This document shows, one piece after another, positions 24,301-34,766 of a DNA stretch of 64,000 bases; positions within the stretch are counted from its first letter, which is position 1, and each line of letters opens with the position of its first letter. The position numbers and the translations under genes are program-made. The notes beneath the pieces were generated by a model, which was given only the letters and a program-made list of their open reading frames with translations, did not search any database and was not told the origin of the DNA. The DNA lies in NCBI GenBank assembly GCA_950097015.1, contig CATNEN010000038.1:21514001-21578000 (forward strand), given 5' to 3'. Source of the stretch: Macrostomum hystrix. Lineage: Eukaryota; Animalia; Platyhelminthes.

Positions 24301-27300
24301 ATTGGAACAATGGTACGGTCTAACAGGTGTATACAAGAATCTATTAACCTACGAAGGCCTATTAAAGAATGCCATCTGCTTCGCCGGGCATAGCCTGGTG
24401 TTCTGGCTACTAATTGTCATTATCGAAACTTTAGTCTACAGCGTTGGAGCTGTCAGCAAGTCGTCAGCCTCAGCGTCAGCTGACCCAATTCCAACTGCAA
24501 GTCGGCCTAATATTGAAGTGAACAAAGTTAGCAAACGATACAACACTAAATCAGACTGCCGGCTTGCTAGATCCTCCAGTTCTCGTCTAGCAGTTGACAA
24601 TGTCTCATTCAGTGTCTCCTCTGGCGAAGTACTGGGCCTACTAGGCAGCAATGGCGCTGGCAAAAGCAGCATCTTCCGTATGCTGACTCGAGGAGAATCG
24701 ATCACCTCTGGTAGTATCCGGGTGTCCGGCCAGCTCAACAACAGCTTCGACTGCTTCGCCGACGCTGGCTATTGTTCTCAGAGTAATGTACTTTGGAAGA
24801 CAATGACACCGATGGATCATCTAGCTTTCTACGCCAGGTGCAAAGGATTTAGAGGACAACAGCTCAAAGCCGAGGTAAATGATCAGTTTTAACTATTCTA
24901 TAAATCATTATCTGTCATCTGTTCCGTTAAAATTCGAGTTACGTTACTTTAATAATATTGAAAATTGGTTCCGTTAAAAAGCGAGTTACGTTACTTTAAT
25001 AAATATTGAAAATTGGTTCCGTTAAAAAGCGAGTTACGTTACTTTAATAAATATTGAAAACTGGTTCCGTTAAAAAGCGAGTTACGTTACTTTAATAAAT
25101 ATTGAAAACTGGTTCCGTTAAAAAGCGAGTTACGTTACTTTAATAAATATTGAAAACTGGTTCCGTTAAAAAGCGAGTTACGTTACTTTAATAAATATTG
25201 AAAACTGGTTCCGTTAAAAAGCGAGTTACGTTACTTTAATAAATATTGAAAACTGGTTCCGTTAAAAAGCGAGTTACGTTACTTTAATAAATGTTGAAAA
25301 TTGGTTCCGTTAAAATGCGAGTTACGTTACTTTAAAAAATATTGAAAACTGGTTCCGTAAAAAAGCGAGTTACGTTACTTTAATAAATATTGAAAACTGG
25401 TTCCGTTAAGAAGCGAGTTACGTTACTTTAATAAATATTGAAAACTGGTTCCGTTAAAAGCGAGTTACGTTACTTAAAAAAATATTGAAAACTGGTTCCG
25501 TAAAAAAGCGAGTTACGTTACTTTAATAAAATTTGAAAATTGGATCCGTTAAAAATGGTTCAGTTTAAAAATTAAAATTCAGTTCGAAAAAAATTGTGTC
25601 CGTTCAGCCAGAAAATATGCTTCAAAAATAACTGTTTAAAATCTAGATCTTGGCCAATTTCCATCGAAAAAATATATTTTTTAAAACAAGTTCTAGTGAA
25701 AATTGGTAAAAAATCACTAAAATTTGGTTCGGTTACAAAAATCCGTTAAAAAGAGGTTCCGTTAAATATTTTGTTCCGCTAAAAATAGGTTTCATTGGAA
25801 TTCCGTTGACAGGTTCCGTTAAATAGGTTAGGTTTGTTTAATCCTGGTTCCTTTTAAACCGATCGTTTCGTTAGTACCAGGTTTCATTAAAAAATTAAAT
25901 TTTAATAAATGCATTTATTAAATTTAAATAAACAATTTTTTTCATAAATAAATTTGATTTAAATTATATCTAAAAAACGCTAAAAGTAGGTTACATTAGA
26001 ATAGAGTTGCGTTAATAACACAAGTTTAAAACTATTTCCTGTAAAAAAATATTCCGTTACAATTCCGTTCCGTTAATTATGTTTCGTTAGAAACTAGTTC
26101 ACGTTAAAAACAGATCAACTACTTAACTACTCATTCCGTAGGTTGCATCTCTGGTCAGTCGCCTTGGCCTATCCGAGAACGCCGCCAAGTCCAGCGGCCA
26201 TCTCTCCGGCGGCAACAAGCGCCGATTATGCGTCGCCATAGCCTTCATCGGCTCGCCGGACGTTGTACTACTAGACGAACCAACCGCCGGCGTTGACGTT
26301 GTCGCTCGCCGAAGAATCTGGCAGTGCATCCAACGGGCCAGACGCATGCAGCAGAGCATACTGCTCACCTCGCACTCTATGGAAGAATGTGAATTGCTAT
26401 GCAATCGAATTCTAATTATGAAATCTGGCCGCCTGCTGGCTCAGGGCAGTGTGGACGAATTGGTTCGACAATTCTGCCAGGGCTACGTGCTGCGGCTATC
26501 TCTGCAGGTGAGATTGTTTGTTAGCCAAGTGGTTAGAGTGGCGTACTATAAGTGACCGACTATAAGTTCGGGAGTTCGATTCCCAACTCCACTGAAACAA
26601 TATGTGTCCTTCAGCAAGACACTTAACTCTGCATTGCTTCAGTTCACCCAGCTGTTGAATGGGTACCAGCGTTAGCTGGGGTAATTGAGGGTGGGTGTGG
26701 CGTGTGGCGTCCCCCCAGTCCATGGACTGAAAAGCCGTACGCAGCCTTCAGATGCGACTGTGCTATCGGTTGCACATCTGGCTCCATTGGGGCAGGTGTA
26801 CATAATCAGTTATTGATATATTATGTACATCTACCTTGTACATAATATTGATATCTACCTGTTCGACTTGATATCAACCTGTTAGACTTGATATCTACCT
26901 GTTAGACTTGATATCTACCTGTTAGACTTGATATCTACCTGTTAGACTTGATATCTACCTGTTAGACTTAATATCTACCTGTTAGACTTGATATCTGCCT
27001 GTTAGACTTGATATTTACCTGCTAGACTTGATATCTACCTGTTAGACTTGATATCTACCTGTTAGACTTGATATCTACCTGTTAGACTTGATATCTACCT
27101 GTTAGACTTAATATCTACCTGTTAGACTTAATATCTACCTGCTAGACTTGATATCTACCTGTTAGACACGATATCTACCTGTTAGACTTGATATCTACCT
27201 GCTAGACTTGATATCTACCTGTTAGACTTGATATCTACCTGTTAGACTTAATATCTACCTGTTAGACTTAATATCTACCTGCTAGACTTGATATCTACCT

Positions 27301-28208
27301 GTTCGACTTGATATCAACCTGTTAGACTTGATATCTACCTGTTAGACTTGATATCTACCTGTTAGACTTGATATCTACCTGTTAGACTTGATATCTACCT
27401 GTTAGACTTGATATCTACCTGTTAGACTTAATATCTACCTGTTAGACTCGATATCTACCTGTTAGACTTGATATCTACCTGTTAGACTTGATATCTACCT
27501 GTTAGACTTGATATCTACTTGTTAGACTTGATATCTACCTGTTAGACTTGATATCTACCTGTTAGACTTGATATCCAACTGTTAGACTTGATATCTTCCT
27601 GTTAGACTTGATATCTTCCTGTTAGACTTGAAGATTTTTTTTGGAGATAGTAATGGGGGATTATTTGAAATACCGCGTTGTCTTTCTACTGCTAAACCGA
27701 GTGTTCATGCTTCCTGTTTGTACACTGATTTCAAAGCATAATAAATCAATTTCGAATCAATCAATCTGATTTGGCACAGGCTGACAAGGCGGCCAACCTG
27801 TCTGAAAAAATAGTACGCCATCTGGCTGACAACCTCCGGTTGGACGGCAGTTGCGTATTCAAAACCGACGAACGTGATGACACTAAGGAGTTGCACATCC
27901 TATTGAAATCAGCCGAAGGTGGCACCGCGGCCTCGCCGTTTGTTAAAGTCTACGATGCCCTTCGCCAACAGCAGTGCCAACTCGCCGAGGACGGGTTTCT
28001 CAGCTTCGCCCTGGTGCATCCGAGTGTGGAGGAAGTCTTTCACCGGGTCATCAGCCTGGCCGATCGAGAAGACGCAACGGCGGGCGACGCTGTTGCTCAA
28101 GCGGCGGTGGCGTCGACAGCTTCAGCAGCTTCAGCAAAGGAAGCCGCGACGGCGAGTGACAAAGATCGGCCAACGTTTCAGGAGGATCCGAACGAAATCT
28201 TCGTTTGA
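397..28208 (+). CDS. ABC transporter subfamily A (ABCA1/ABCA4/ABCA7-like), full transporter, 5'-partial, 19 exons in window (~2170 aa)
   Basis: Exons read by eye with GT-AG ends and consistent phases: 397-538, 3366-3513, 6158-6527, 7380-7516, 7617-7730, 9092-9223, 14629-14855, 15974-16147, 16437-17567, 18265-18700, 19736-20386, 20757-21053, 21323-21451, 21780-22285, 22782-22959, 23133-23248, 24037-24874, 26142-26507, 27780-28208 (TGA). ABCA motifs: FQPKALPTSG..LC....C, GSILYAPNTP, PGPR..DIVEWAI..GVYMQMQPYMC, IVYEKESRLKEM. NBD1: GKNGCGKST, GVCPQFD, LSGGQRRKL, ILDEPTAGVDP, TSHHLEEAEALADR. NBD2: GSNGAGKSS, LSGGNKRRL, LLDEPTAGVD, TSHSMEECELLCNR. Confidence 0.93.
780..3225. repeat. 28-bp minisatellite (GATCAGTTTTATCGATCTATTATTGTTC)n with recurrent +5-bp variants
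   Basis: Period 28; explains the three ~800-aa repeat ORFs (28-aa repeat = 3 units). Confidence 0.97.
3728..4465. repeat. 30-bp minisatellite (TAGTAACTTCAGGGA[C/T]TCTTATCTGTACTA)n
   Basis: Period 30. Confidence 0.95.
4460..6110. repeat. 32-bp minisatellite (CTTCAGGGACTCTTCAGTCTACCATGTAGTGT)n
   Basis: Period 32; shares CTTCAGGGACTCTT with the abutting 30-mer. Confidence 0.97.
6596..7262. repeat. 17-bp minisatellite (CCACTGACTTATCCACC)n
   Basis: Period 17. Confidence 0.95.
7765..8670. repeat. 23-bp minisatellite (TTGATCTACGGATTGATCTCTTA)n, degenerate at 5' end
   Basis: Period 23; homogeneous from about 8230 to 8610. Confidence 0.93.
9788..9898 (-). mobile_element. tRNA-derived Pol III/SINE-like cassette carrying a hammerhead ribozyme (copy 1 of 5; others 11377-11487, 12067-12177, 13656-13766, 14336-14446)
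   Basis: Minus strand: GAGCCTA-TAGCCTAATGG (A box, 9891-9881)-CTAGAGCG-CTAGGCTA-[hammerhead]-GCCTT-GGTTCGAATCC (B box, 9814-9804)-TGATTTCAA-TTTTTTT (terminator, 9794-9788). Confidence 0.8.
9820..9864 (-). ncRNA. Type I hammerhead ribozyme, copy 1
   Basis: GACUCUA CUGAUGA GCUC CAAUAA GAGC GAAA CGC GUC/UGGAGUU. All core nucleotides are present; stem I is 7 bp (two G-U pairs), stem II 4 bp, and stem III minimal and palindromic (ACGCGU). Predicted cleavage between 9827 and 9826. Confidence 0.92.
11409..11453 (-). ncRNA. Type I hammerhead ribozyme, copy 2
   Basis: Same sequence as copy 1 (+ strand AACTCCAGACGCGTTTCGCTCTTATTGGAGCTCATCAGTAGAGTC). Confidence 0.92.
12099..12143 (-). ncRNA. Type I hammerhead ribozyme, copy 3
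   Basis: Same sequence as copy 1. Confidence 0.92.
13688..13732 (-). ncRNA. Type I hammerhead ribozyme, copy 4
   Basis: Same sequence as copy 1. Confidence 0.92.
14368..14412 (-). ncRNA. Type I hammerhead ribozyme, copy 5
   Basis: Same sequence as copy 1. Confidence 0.92.
15010..15842. repeat. 37-bp minisatellite (GGATATAGAATCTGGGATCTGGGATCTGGAGTCCCAA)n with 7-bp subrepeats
   Basis: Period 37. Confidence 0.93.
16200..16385. repeat. Pyrimidine-rich degenerate repeat (TCTCCCATCCCATCTAT-like)
   Basis: Short tandem copies filling intron 16148-16436. Confidence 0.75.
17590..18226. repeat. Degenerate CCTGTTAGACAC-based tandem repeat
   Basis: Motif recurs throughout intron 17568-18264. Confidence 0.85.
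18938..19290. repeat. 21-bp minisatellite (TTTATCCTCTAATCATAGCTC)n with degenerate flanks (~18705-19480)
   Basis: Period 21. Confidence 0.9.
20410..20725. repeat. ~23-bp degenerate repeat (CACCTGTTAGATAGTCAATATCC)n
   Basis: Recurrent ACCTGTTAG core. Confidence 0.85.
21068..21276. repeat. 10-bp repeat (TGTTTTAG[C/T]C)n
   Basis: Period 10. Confidence 0.9.
21480..21762. repeat. Degenerate CTAATCC-rich low-complexity repeat
   Basis: Many CTAAT/CCCTAA words. Confidence 0.7.
22355..22633 (-). mobile_element. Headless SINE copy: body matches the SINE at 39725-40095, tail matches the CORE-like SINE at 26515-26800
   Basis: 22444-22633 is near-identical to ~39791-39984; the reverse complement of 22355-22410 aligns to ~26712-26765 (CCAGTCCATGGACTGAA..GC.GTAC...GATGCG.CTG.GC). 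Confidence 0.8.
23251..23935. repeat. 30-bp minisatellite (GAGTGGGATTTTGATGCCGCTAATCCTCTT)n
   Basis: Period 29-30; begins at the splice donor. Confidence 0.93.
24920..25555. repeat. 48-bp minisatellite (AAAACTGGTTCCGTTAAAAAGCGAGTTACGTTACTTTAATAAATATTG)n, decayed GTTCCGTTA remnants to ~26100
   Basis: Period 48. Confidence 0.93.
26515..26800 (+). mobile_element. tRNA-derived SINE with CORE-like central domain
   Basis: A box TAGCCAAGTGG at 26522-26532; B box GAGTTCGATTC at 26572-26582; then GTGTCCTTCAGCAAGACACTTAACTCTGCATTGCTTCAGTTCACCCAGCTGTTGAATGGGT, resembling the MIR/CORE-SINE core (from memory, not searched). Confidence 0.8.
26848..27630. repeat. 20-bp minisatellite (GTTAGACTTGATATCTACCT)n
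   Basis: Period 20. Confidence 0.96.
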
Positions 28209-29489
28209 ATAGATAAGTAAAACAAAAACTACGAGTTTGAGCGGAAAATTTAGCTCCGAGGTGATTAGACAATTTTTGGGAGATGCAGAAAAAAGATGAA
28301 TGACGAGCTACGTCGGATATTTTGAATACCCCGCGATCGTTCAACAGCTGTCAGTCGATCATCTTGTCGCAACGTATCACGTGTTAAATGCGATGGCGAT
28401 TTAGCTGTTAGCAAAGCACTTAAATTACATTTTTGGCGGAATTATTGACATGTTGGGGTGTACATTTTTCACAGGTATTTTTGCTCACGAATAATTAAGC
28501 TACATCAACTACATTCCTTTGCGTTAAAATATAAGCATTGTGTTTTTCTACCTGGGCAAACACTATTTCAACAAGTTAAAATTGAATTAAGCATCTACAC
28601 TTTGTTTTGCCTATAAGTTAAACAATATTTTTACGTAATGTCGGTCTGCTCTGATCTTCCTAAGCTTTGTGATATTTCTTTTCACAACACTCGTGCCTAT
28701 GACTTTTCGCCTGTGAACTAAGGACCATCAGGTTCATTTTAAGCGAAAATTTAAACTCAAAAGTCCCACTTTCTATCTCGTTTTCTGTAGTTTGTAGCAT
28801 AGCAACTTTCTGCTTACATGACAATGTTTTTTGAAACTATTTTAAACGTGTTAACTAAACTTTTCAAGAGAAAATTGTAATAAAATGAAATTTGTCGAGC
28901 AGCTTCTCTCTGTGAAGTGACAATTGCGTTATACACAAGACTTCTGTCAGTTGTGTTTATGACACATCTTTCTTCCTGATAACAAATCGTTTTCCTTTAA
29001 GTGCAAACCCCCAATTTATCGCGAATAACTTGTACAGGAAAAATCAAATCAGATAAGAATGGCTTTGCTTTAAATGATTGCTCTATTGTGCCACTAAACG
29101 CTAGCTGTTATGCTCGCGTGCTTTTGACACCATTTTTAACTTACGTAACTATATACGCAATTACATCTGGCACACGTGTTTGTACCTCTCTGTTGCTTTG
29201 CTCTGTACTTTATGACTCAGTAGCACATCTCTGACTAGAAATTACAGTTCTCCCTTATGTATAACTTCCAATACTCGTGCTAAAGACGTCTATAAGTTTG
29301 TGTCAAGTATAATTAAAATATTCACTATTAAACATAACAAACATTATAGACAAACTAATTCTTTAGTTTCGTCTGCAAGACATGTGACTGTTTATTCCAG
29401 TTTCTGTTTAGTCGCAATTGAAAATGTATGAACATTTTTATGGACCTGATTCATTTCATCGTCATTACGGGAGTGCAACACTTTGTTTA

Positions 29490-30125
29490 AGAAGGAGCTT
29501 TTCCCGCAGGATATTTTAGTGCAGGAGCTTTTCCCGCAGGATATTTTAGTGCAGGAGCTTTTCCCGCAGGATATTTTAGTGCAGGAGCTTTTCCCGCAGG
29601 ATATTTTAGTGCAGGAGCTTTTCCCGCAGGATATTTTAGTGCAGGAGCTTTTCCCGCAGGATATTTTAGTGCAGGAGCTTTTCCCGCAGGATATTTTAGT
29701 GCAGGAGCTTTTCCCGCAGGATATTTTAGTGCAGGAGCTTTTCCCGCAGGATATTTTAGTGCTGGAGCTTTTCCCGCAGGATATTTTAGTGCTGGAGCTT
29801 TTCCCGCAGGATATTTTAGTGCAGGAGCTTTTCCCGCAGGATATTTTAGTGCAGGAGCTTTTCCCGCAGGATATTTTAGTGCAGGAGCTTTTCCCGCAGG
29901 ATATTTTAGTGCAGGAGCTTTTCCTGCAGATGCTTCGCAGGAGCTTTTCCTGCAGATGCTTCGCAGGAGCTTTTCCTGCAGATGCTTCGCAGGAGCTTTT
30001 CCCGACGAGATTTTCCCGACGGGCGGTTTTTAGACCGGCTTTTCCCACAACAAGGTTTTCCCGCAGGAGCTTTTCCCACAACAAGGTTTTCCCGTAAGAG
30101 CTTTTACCGCAGTAGCCTTTCCTGA
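29490..30125. repeat. 30-bp minisatellite (GCAGGAGCTTTTCCCGCAGGATATTTTAGT)n grading into shorter CTTTTCC variants
   Basis: Period 30, then 27 and degenerate. Confidence 0.93.
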
Positions 30126-31167
30126 CGAGCTTGTCCTGATTTCCCACGGCGGGAAAGACTCGGCGGCAAAAAAACATCTGCGTGAAACTGTCTGTGGAAA
30201 AAAGTTTCATATACTCGTTTTTACGAACAGAATGAGCTCCCAAAGGTGCAATCAGGGTTAGGCGCGTTACCAAAAAAGTAACGGTGATGGCGGTACCGAT
30301 CGATACTGACAATTTGGTAACGGAAAATGGTTAACGAAAGATTGCCTAAAACATATTAATGGTCGTTACTTTTATTCGTTACTTTTTGCGATTTGTCCGT
30401 TTATGTTCCAGTTAGAAATAAATTCATAGAGAAAGTTGCAGGCACTGTTCGAAATTTCGAAAGCCTAACAGCTGATGACAAAATTGTGCGTTTAATCACA
30501 CAGGAAAGCACAGAATTGACAGAAATCTTTGTGGACTTCATAGACAGGATACTTAAAGCTAAAAAAAGCCACTGCCCTGAGGCCCATAGTTAGAATGCTT
30601 GATTATAGCTTCAGTTTTAGCTTTCTTATATTCCTTCGCTCATTTTCACTCGAAGTAAACTCGTGGCAGGCAAACGAATGCAAGATAGACACGTTTAGCC
30701 GTAGTACGAGCTATCTAACTTGGCCAGCATTGCTGACCATGATCGGCAGGAAAGGCGCCGCTTCTCTGAAACTTTTATCGCCCATAGACAGCACGAAATT
30801 TCTCGGCAGATCGGGCTTTTAATCTATGGTCAGCTCTGCTGACCATCCGGCAGCTTGGGGTCCCCTCCGCGCCATTCTTCGTCTCGGCTATGCCTCCCCC
30901 ATGTGACCCAAAATCGCTCGCAGTTTTTAATGAATTGATTCTGTCTTCTATGGTACATCCTGACACCGCTGCCACGTCATACTGCTGACAGCCACGCACC
31001 AATTTGAACGCAGAAAGAACCAAAAAGGATTGAAAAAGCTATGCTGCTATATTATCTAGCATTCATTCATTCAAATAGGATGCCATAGTGAATCCGCTAT
31101 AATTTCTGGGTTGATTTCAGCAGCACAAATTTCTACTGATTTTGAAACTCTCAAACTGGCCAAGGCC

Positions 31168-34100
31168 ATGCTTCTACTGCTCATGGCACTGCAAGTTTCA
31201 ATGGCAACTGAAATCTGTGAGTTGCCGATTCGCAGATACGAAGTGCGCAACTCCTGGCAGTCGTCGTCCTTTGAGAATATCCGCGGAGTAAGGTCTTGCT
31301 TCAGCGTCAGAACCTACCCCGAAGAGGAAAAGATTCAATGGAAATCTACCCCCAGCTACGCGTTCTTCCACAGCAGAGACAGAAGCTATGCAGACGGAGG
31401 ATTTCATTGGTTCGCATTGTGGCTGCGTAGGCCATTAATCATAAAATCAGTCACTGTGAAGGGCAGAGAGGGTGAGTCACTGCTCGATTTTTTCCATGCA
31501 CATCAGCCTCCACTGCTAAGTCATGAAGTACTCACTTTTAGATGGCGCTACACATGTCTACTCGAGAGCCAGAGACATCGAAATCTGGACATCGAGCAGC
31601 AGCAGAATGCTGTTCTCAGGTGATCCCTGCTTCTCAAGAAACATGAACAGACAGTTCAGAGAGTCTCAGCATCTCTGGAGACGGTGCGGCCTGACGGTGA
31701 GCAAGCAGGCGCGTATCGAGGCTGGTGAGATCTTCACCGTGAACTGCTTAGCGGAGGTGAGACCTGCTCTGTGCCTTGAGTTGTGCTCTGTTGAGTTCTG
31801 GATCCCACTGAGATTTCATCTGAACTCCAGGTGAGACACTTGCTGCTGCGAAGGGACATTACTGCGTCATCTTATCCTGATGACTTCATGAGCTTCGCAG
31901 ATCTCTGGATTCAGCTTGTGCATCTGAGTGAGTTCGGGTCTTTTACTATGGGCCTATAGTTGTGAAAGGGAAATTTTTTTGTTTCCTTGATTTAGCAATG
32001 TCGATTAATAATTTGTAAATCTCCAGAATCCTTAGCGCCTCAGCTGGTGCCTCAGGGCTCAAAGTTCAGTGTGAGCTGCTTGCTGGACTGCGAAGGAGCA
32101 AAACTCAACTCGAGCTCAAGCGAGCTGCAGCTGTGCTCTCCCAACGGCAGCTGCATAAATGGCCATGAGCTGCACATTGGCAGTGCTCAGCCTGAGCACT
32201 CAGGTGTCTACTGGTGCAGATTCGGATCAGTTGCAAAAAAATCCACTGTCAGTGTGCTGAGTGAGTTCAATTTTAAAGTAATTTCTCAAGCAGGAAGTGC
32301 ACAACTTGAGCTTGAAATTTCAATGGTAACTTATATTCCAGCGACCTCGGTAGATCAGGTGGTGGCCCTTATTGTGATTGACAATGCTTGCGCAATGAAC
32401 TGACAATTGACCATATTGAATGCGTGCGTGGGCGTATAGTGCACTTAGACTAGAATGAGTTGAGTGCGTACAGATTTGTCAGTGCAACGTGCAAGTTGAT
32501 CTCTATAAATATAATGTGAGCGAGGCGTGTGTCTCTGAGCTTGAAACTTCAATCAACAGAACTCTTGTGTTAATTAGAACACAACTGCCCTCAGGTCGAG
32601 GTTCTCTGTGAGCTGCGAGCTGCACTGCAACAACTCACAGATGTGCTTCAACTCTAGCGGACTGACACAATGCCCACAGCACAATACCTCAACTGACACA
32701 ATGCCCACAGCACAAAACCTCAACTGACACAATGCCCACAGCACAATACCTCAACTGACACAATGCCCACAGCACAAAACCTCAACTGACACAATGACCA
32801 CAGGACAAAACCTCAACTGACACAATGCCCACAGCACAAAACCTCAACTGACACAATGACCACAGCACAAAACCTCAACTGACACAATGCCCACAGCACA
32901 AAACCTCAACTGACACAATGACCACAGCACAAAACCTCAACTGACACAATGACCACAGCACAATACCTCAACTGACACAATGACCACAGCACAATACCTC
33001 AACTGACGCAATGCCCACAGCACAATACCTCAACTGACACAATGCCCACAGCACAAAACCTCAACTGACACAATGTCCACGGGCATGCTGGCAAAAAGCC
33101 AAGTCAATTGAAACGCCAATAGCCAATTTGAACATCAACTATGACTCATGGAACTCATGAACTCGTTGATAAACTCGCTCCACATCAACGATAATAGATA
33201 CTAGATTCCAATGCCTTTGAGTGCATCCGTACCATTTACTCGTCACAGAGACTTCATTCATTCCCCAGTCACAGAAAATGCATTCGATCGCAATTTGTTC
33301 ATCTGTTCATCATACAAGCTGGTCAAAATATTTTTCAGCGGCCTCCGAGGATCAGGTTGTGGCCGTCAACTCGAGTTTCGCTGTGAGATGCGAGCTACAC
33401 TGCAACAGCTCAATGCTGTGCTCAAACTCAAGCGGACTCCACCTCTGCCTTCCAAACGGTACCTGCATTAAAGATCACAAGACTGCAGTGGCTCGAGCAC
33501 TCCCTGAGCACTCAGGAAATTACTCTTGCAGCCTTGGCTCTGTGCAGACGCAGACCCCAGTCAACGTGCTGTGTGAGTGAGCATCCAGAATTTTTCTAAT
33601 ATTTGCTCCTCATAACAAATATTTCAGCAGCAATTTATGAAAGCACCTCAAAATTTCCGCCAGACCCGCCATCTAGTCTATCGATAAAATTCCTGGAAAG
33701 CTGCAAAAACATGGCAAAAATAACGGTACAGTTCAGATCATCGGCTTCCGACCCAATGCCTGAGCACACGTGCAACTTTCAAGCTGGCGAACTCAAGGAA
33801 AAAAATGTATCTCAAATGAAAAAATGGCTACATGCCTACAATGGCTACTTGGCTTCAATGGCTACTTGGCTACTTGGCTACTTGGCTACAAAAAATGTCT
33901 CTCGGCTTTCACAGGTGAGTTGCATTCCGTATGATTCTTGAAAGACTTGGTTGCAACACACTGTACTATATGAAACTTCAGGTGCCAGACAACAGGGGCC
34001 TCCTTAGCACGTGGTCGCTCGACAGCGGTTTTGAGCATTACATGAGCAGGAGCGAAGTCTTTGTCAACTGCAGTGCGTCACAGAACCTCCCTGAGAACAT

Positions 34101-34417
34101 GACTTTCGGCTCACCTGTTTACACCACGGCTCGACTCGTCTGCCCTGGGACTGGGCTCACGACTTTCACGATTGTTGTCTCAGCCATCATCGTTTTCGTT
34201 GTTGTGTCAGTCGTCTGCGCTGCATGCTTTCTGCTCATCTCGAAGGTCAGTGCAGGAAAATGTGGTGATCGTGCTCTTCAGCAGCTGACGGCTCTGAACC
34301 TTTCCATTGCAGCTCCGAGTGCCGTCAACTGAGCCTTCAGCAGCCGGGCCCAACCTAAGCTCAGGCATTCAGGAGGAATCTAAAGTGTCACCTAAGGTGT
34401 CTCATCCTGCTAATTAG
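31168..34417 (+). CDS. Type I membrane protein: signal peptide, galactose-binding/F-type-lectin-like domain, Ig-like domains, TM helix, short tail
   Basis: Exons 31168-31471, 31542-31756, 31831-31927, 32027-32260 (Ig, 234 nt, phase 1-1, FSVSC..HSGVYWC), 33339-33572 (Ig, 234 nt, FAVRC..HSGNYSC), 33628-33914, 33982-34245 (TM FTIVVSAIIVFVVVSVVCAACFLLI), 34313-34417 (TAG). N-terminus MLLLLMALQVSMA is signal-peptide-like. The lectin-like call rests on loose motifs (WFALWLRRPLIIKSVTVKGRED...RARDIEIW...FTVNC...VRHLLL...MSFADLWI) and is tentative. Confidence 0.72.
32342..32680 (+). pseudogene. Decayed third Ig exon (pseudoexon)
   Basis: 32342-32367 (TSVDQVVA) and 32596-32675 (SRFSVSCELHCNNSQMCFNSSGLTQCP) match exon 33339-33572 (ASEDQVVAVNSSFAVRCELHCNSSMLCSNSSGLHLC). 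They are split by a ~225-bp insert and then truncated by a tandem array. Confidence 0.8.
32661..33080. repeat. 31-bp minisatellite (ACTGACACAATGCCCACAGCACAA[T/A]ACCTCA)n
   Basis: Period 31. Confidence 0.95.
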
Positions 34418-34504
34418 GTGAGTCAACGAGTCACTTAGACTTCAGCGAGCAAACAGGGACAGTCCTGTCCGAGAAATGCCACGTTGCTTATCCATTAATC
34501 TCGA

Positions 34505-34766
34505 TGGCCACTTGGCTACAATGGCTACTTGGCTACAATGGCTACTTGGCTACAATGGCTACTTGGCTACAATGGCTACTTGGCAACAACGGCTACTTGG
34601 CTACAGTGGCTACTTGGCTACTTGGCTACAGTGGCTACTCGGCTACAGTGGCTACAATGCTACTTAGCTACAATGGCTACTTGGCTACAATGGCTACTTG
34701 GCTACAATGGCTACTTGGCTACAATGGCTACTTGGCTACAATGGCTACTTGGCTACAATGCTACTT
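34505..34766. repeat. 17-bp repeat (GGCTACAATGGCTACTT)n; the same motif also occurs at 33823-33890
   Basis: Period 17 with GGCTAC subunits. Confidence 0.92.

Noticed and set aside
29392-30312. Cys/Lys repeat protein (CGKSSCTKIS)n
   Set aside because: 30-bp satellite open on both strands, no ATG start and no recognisable domain.
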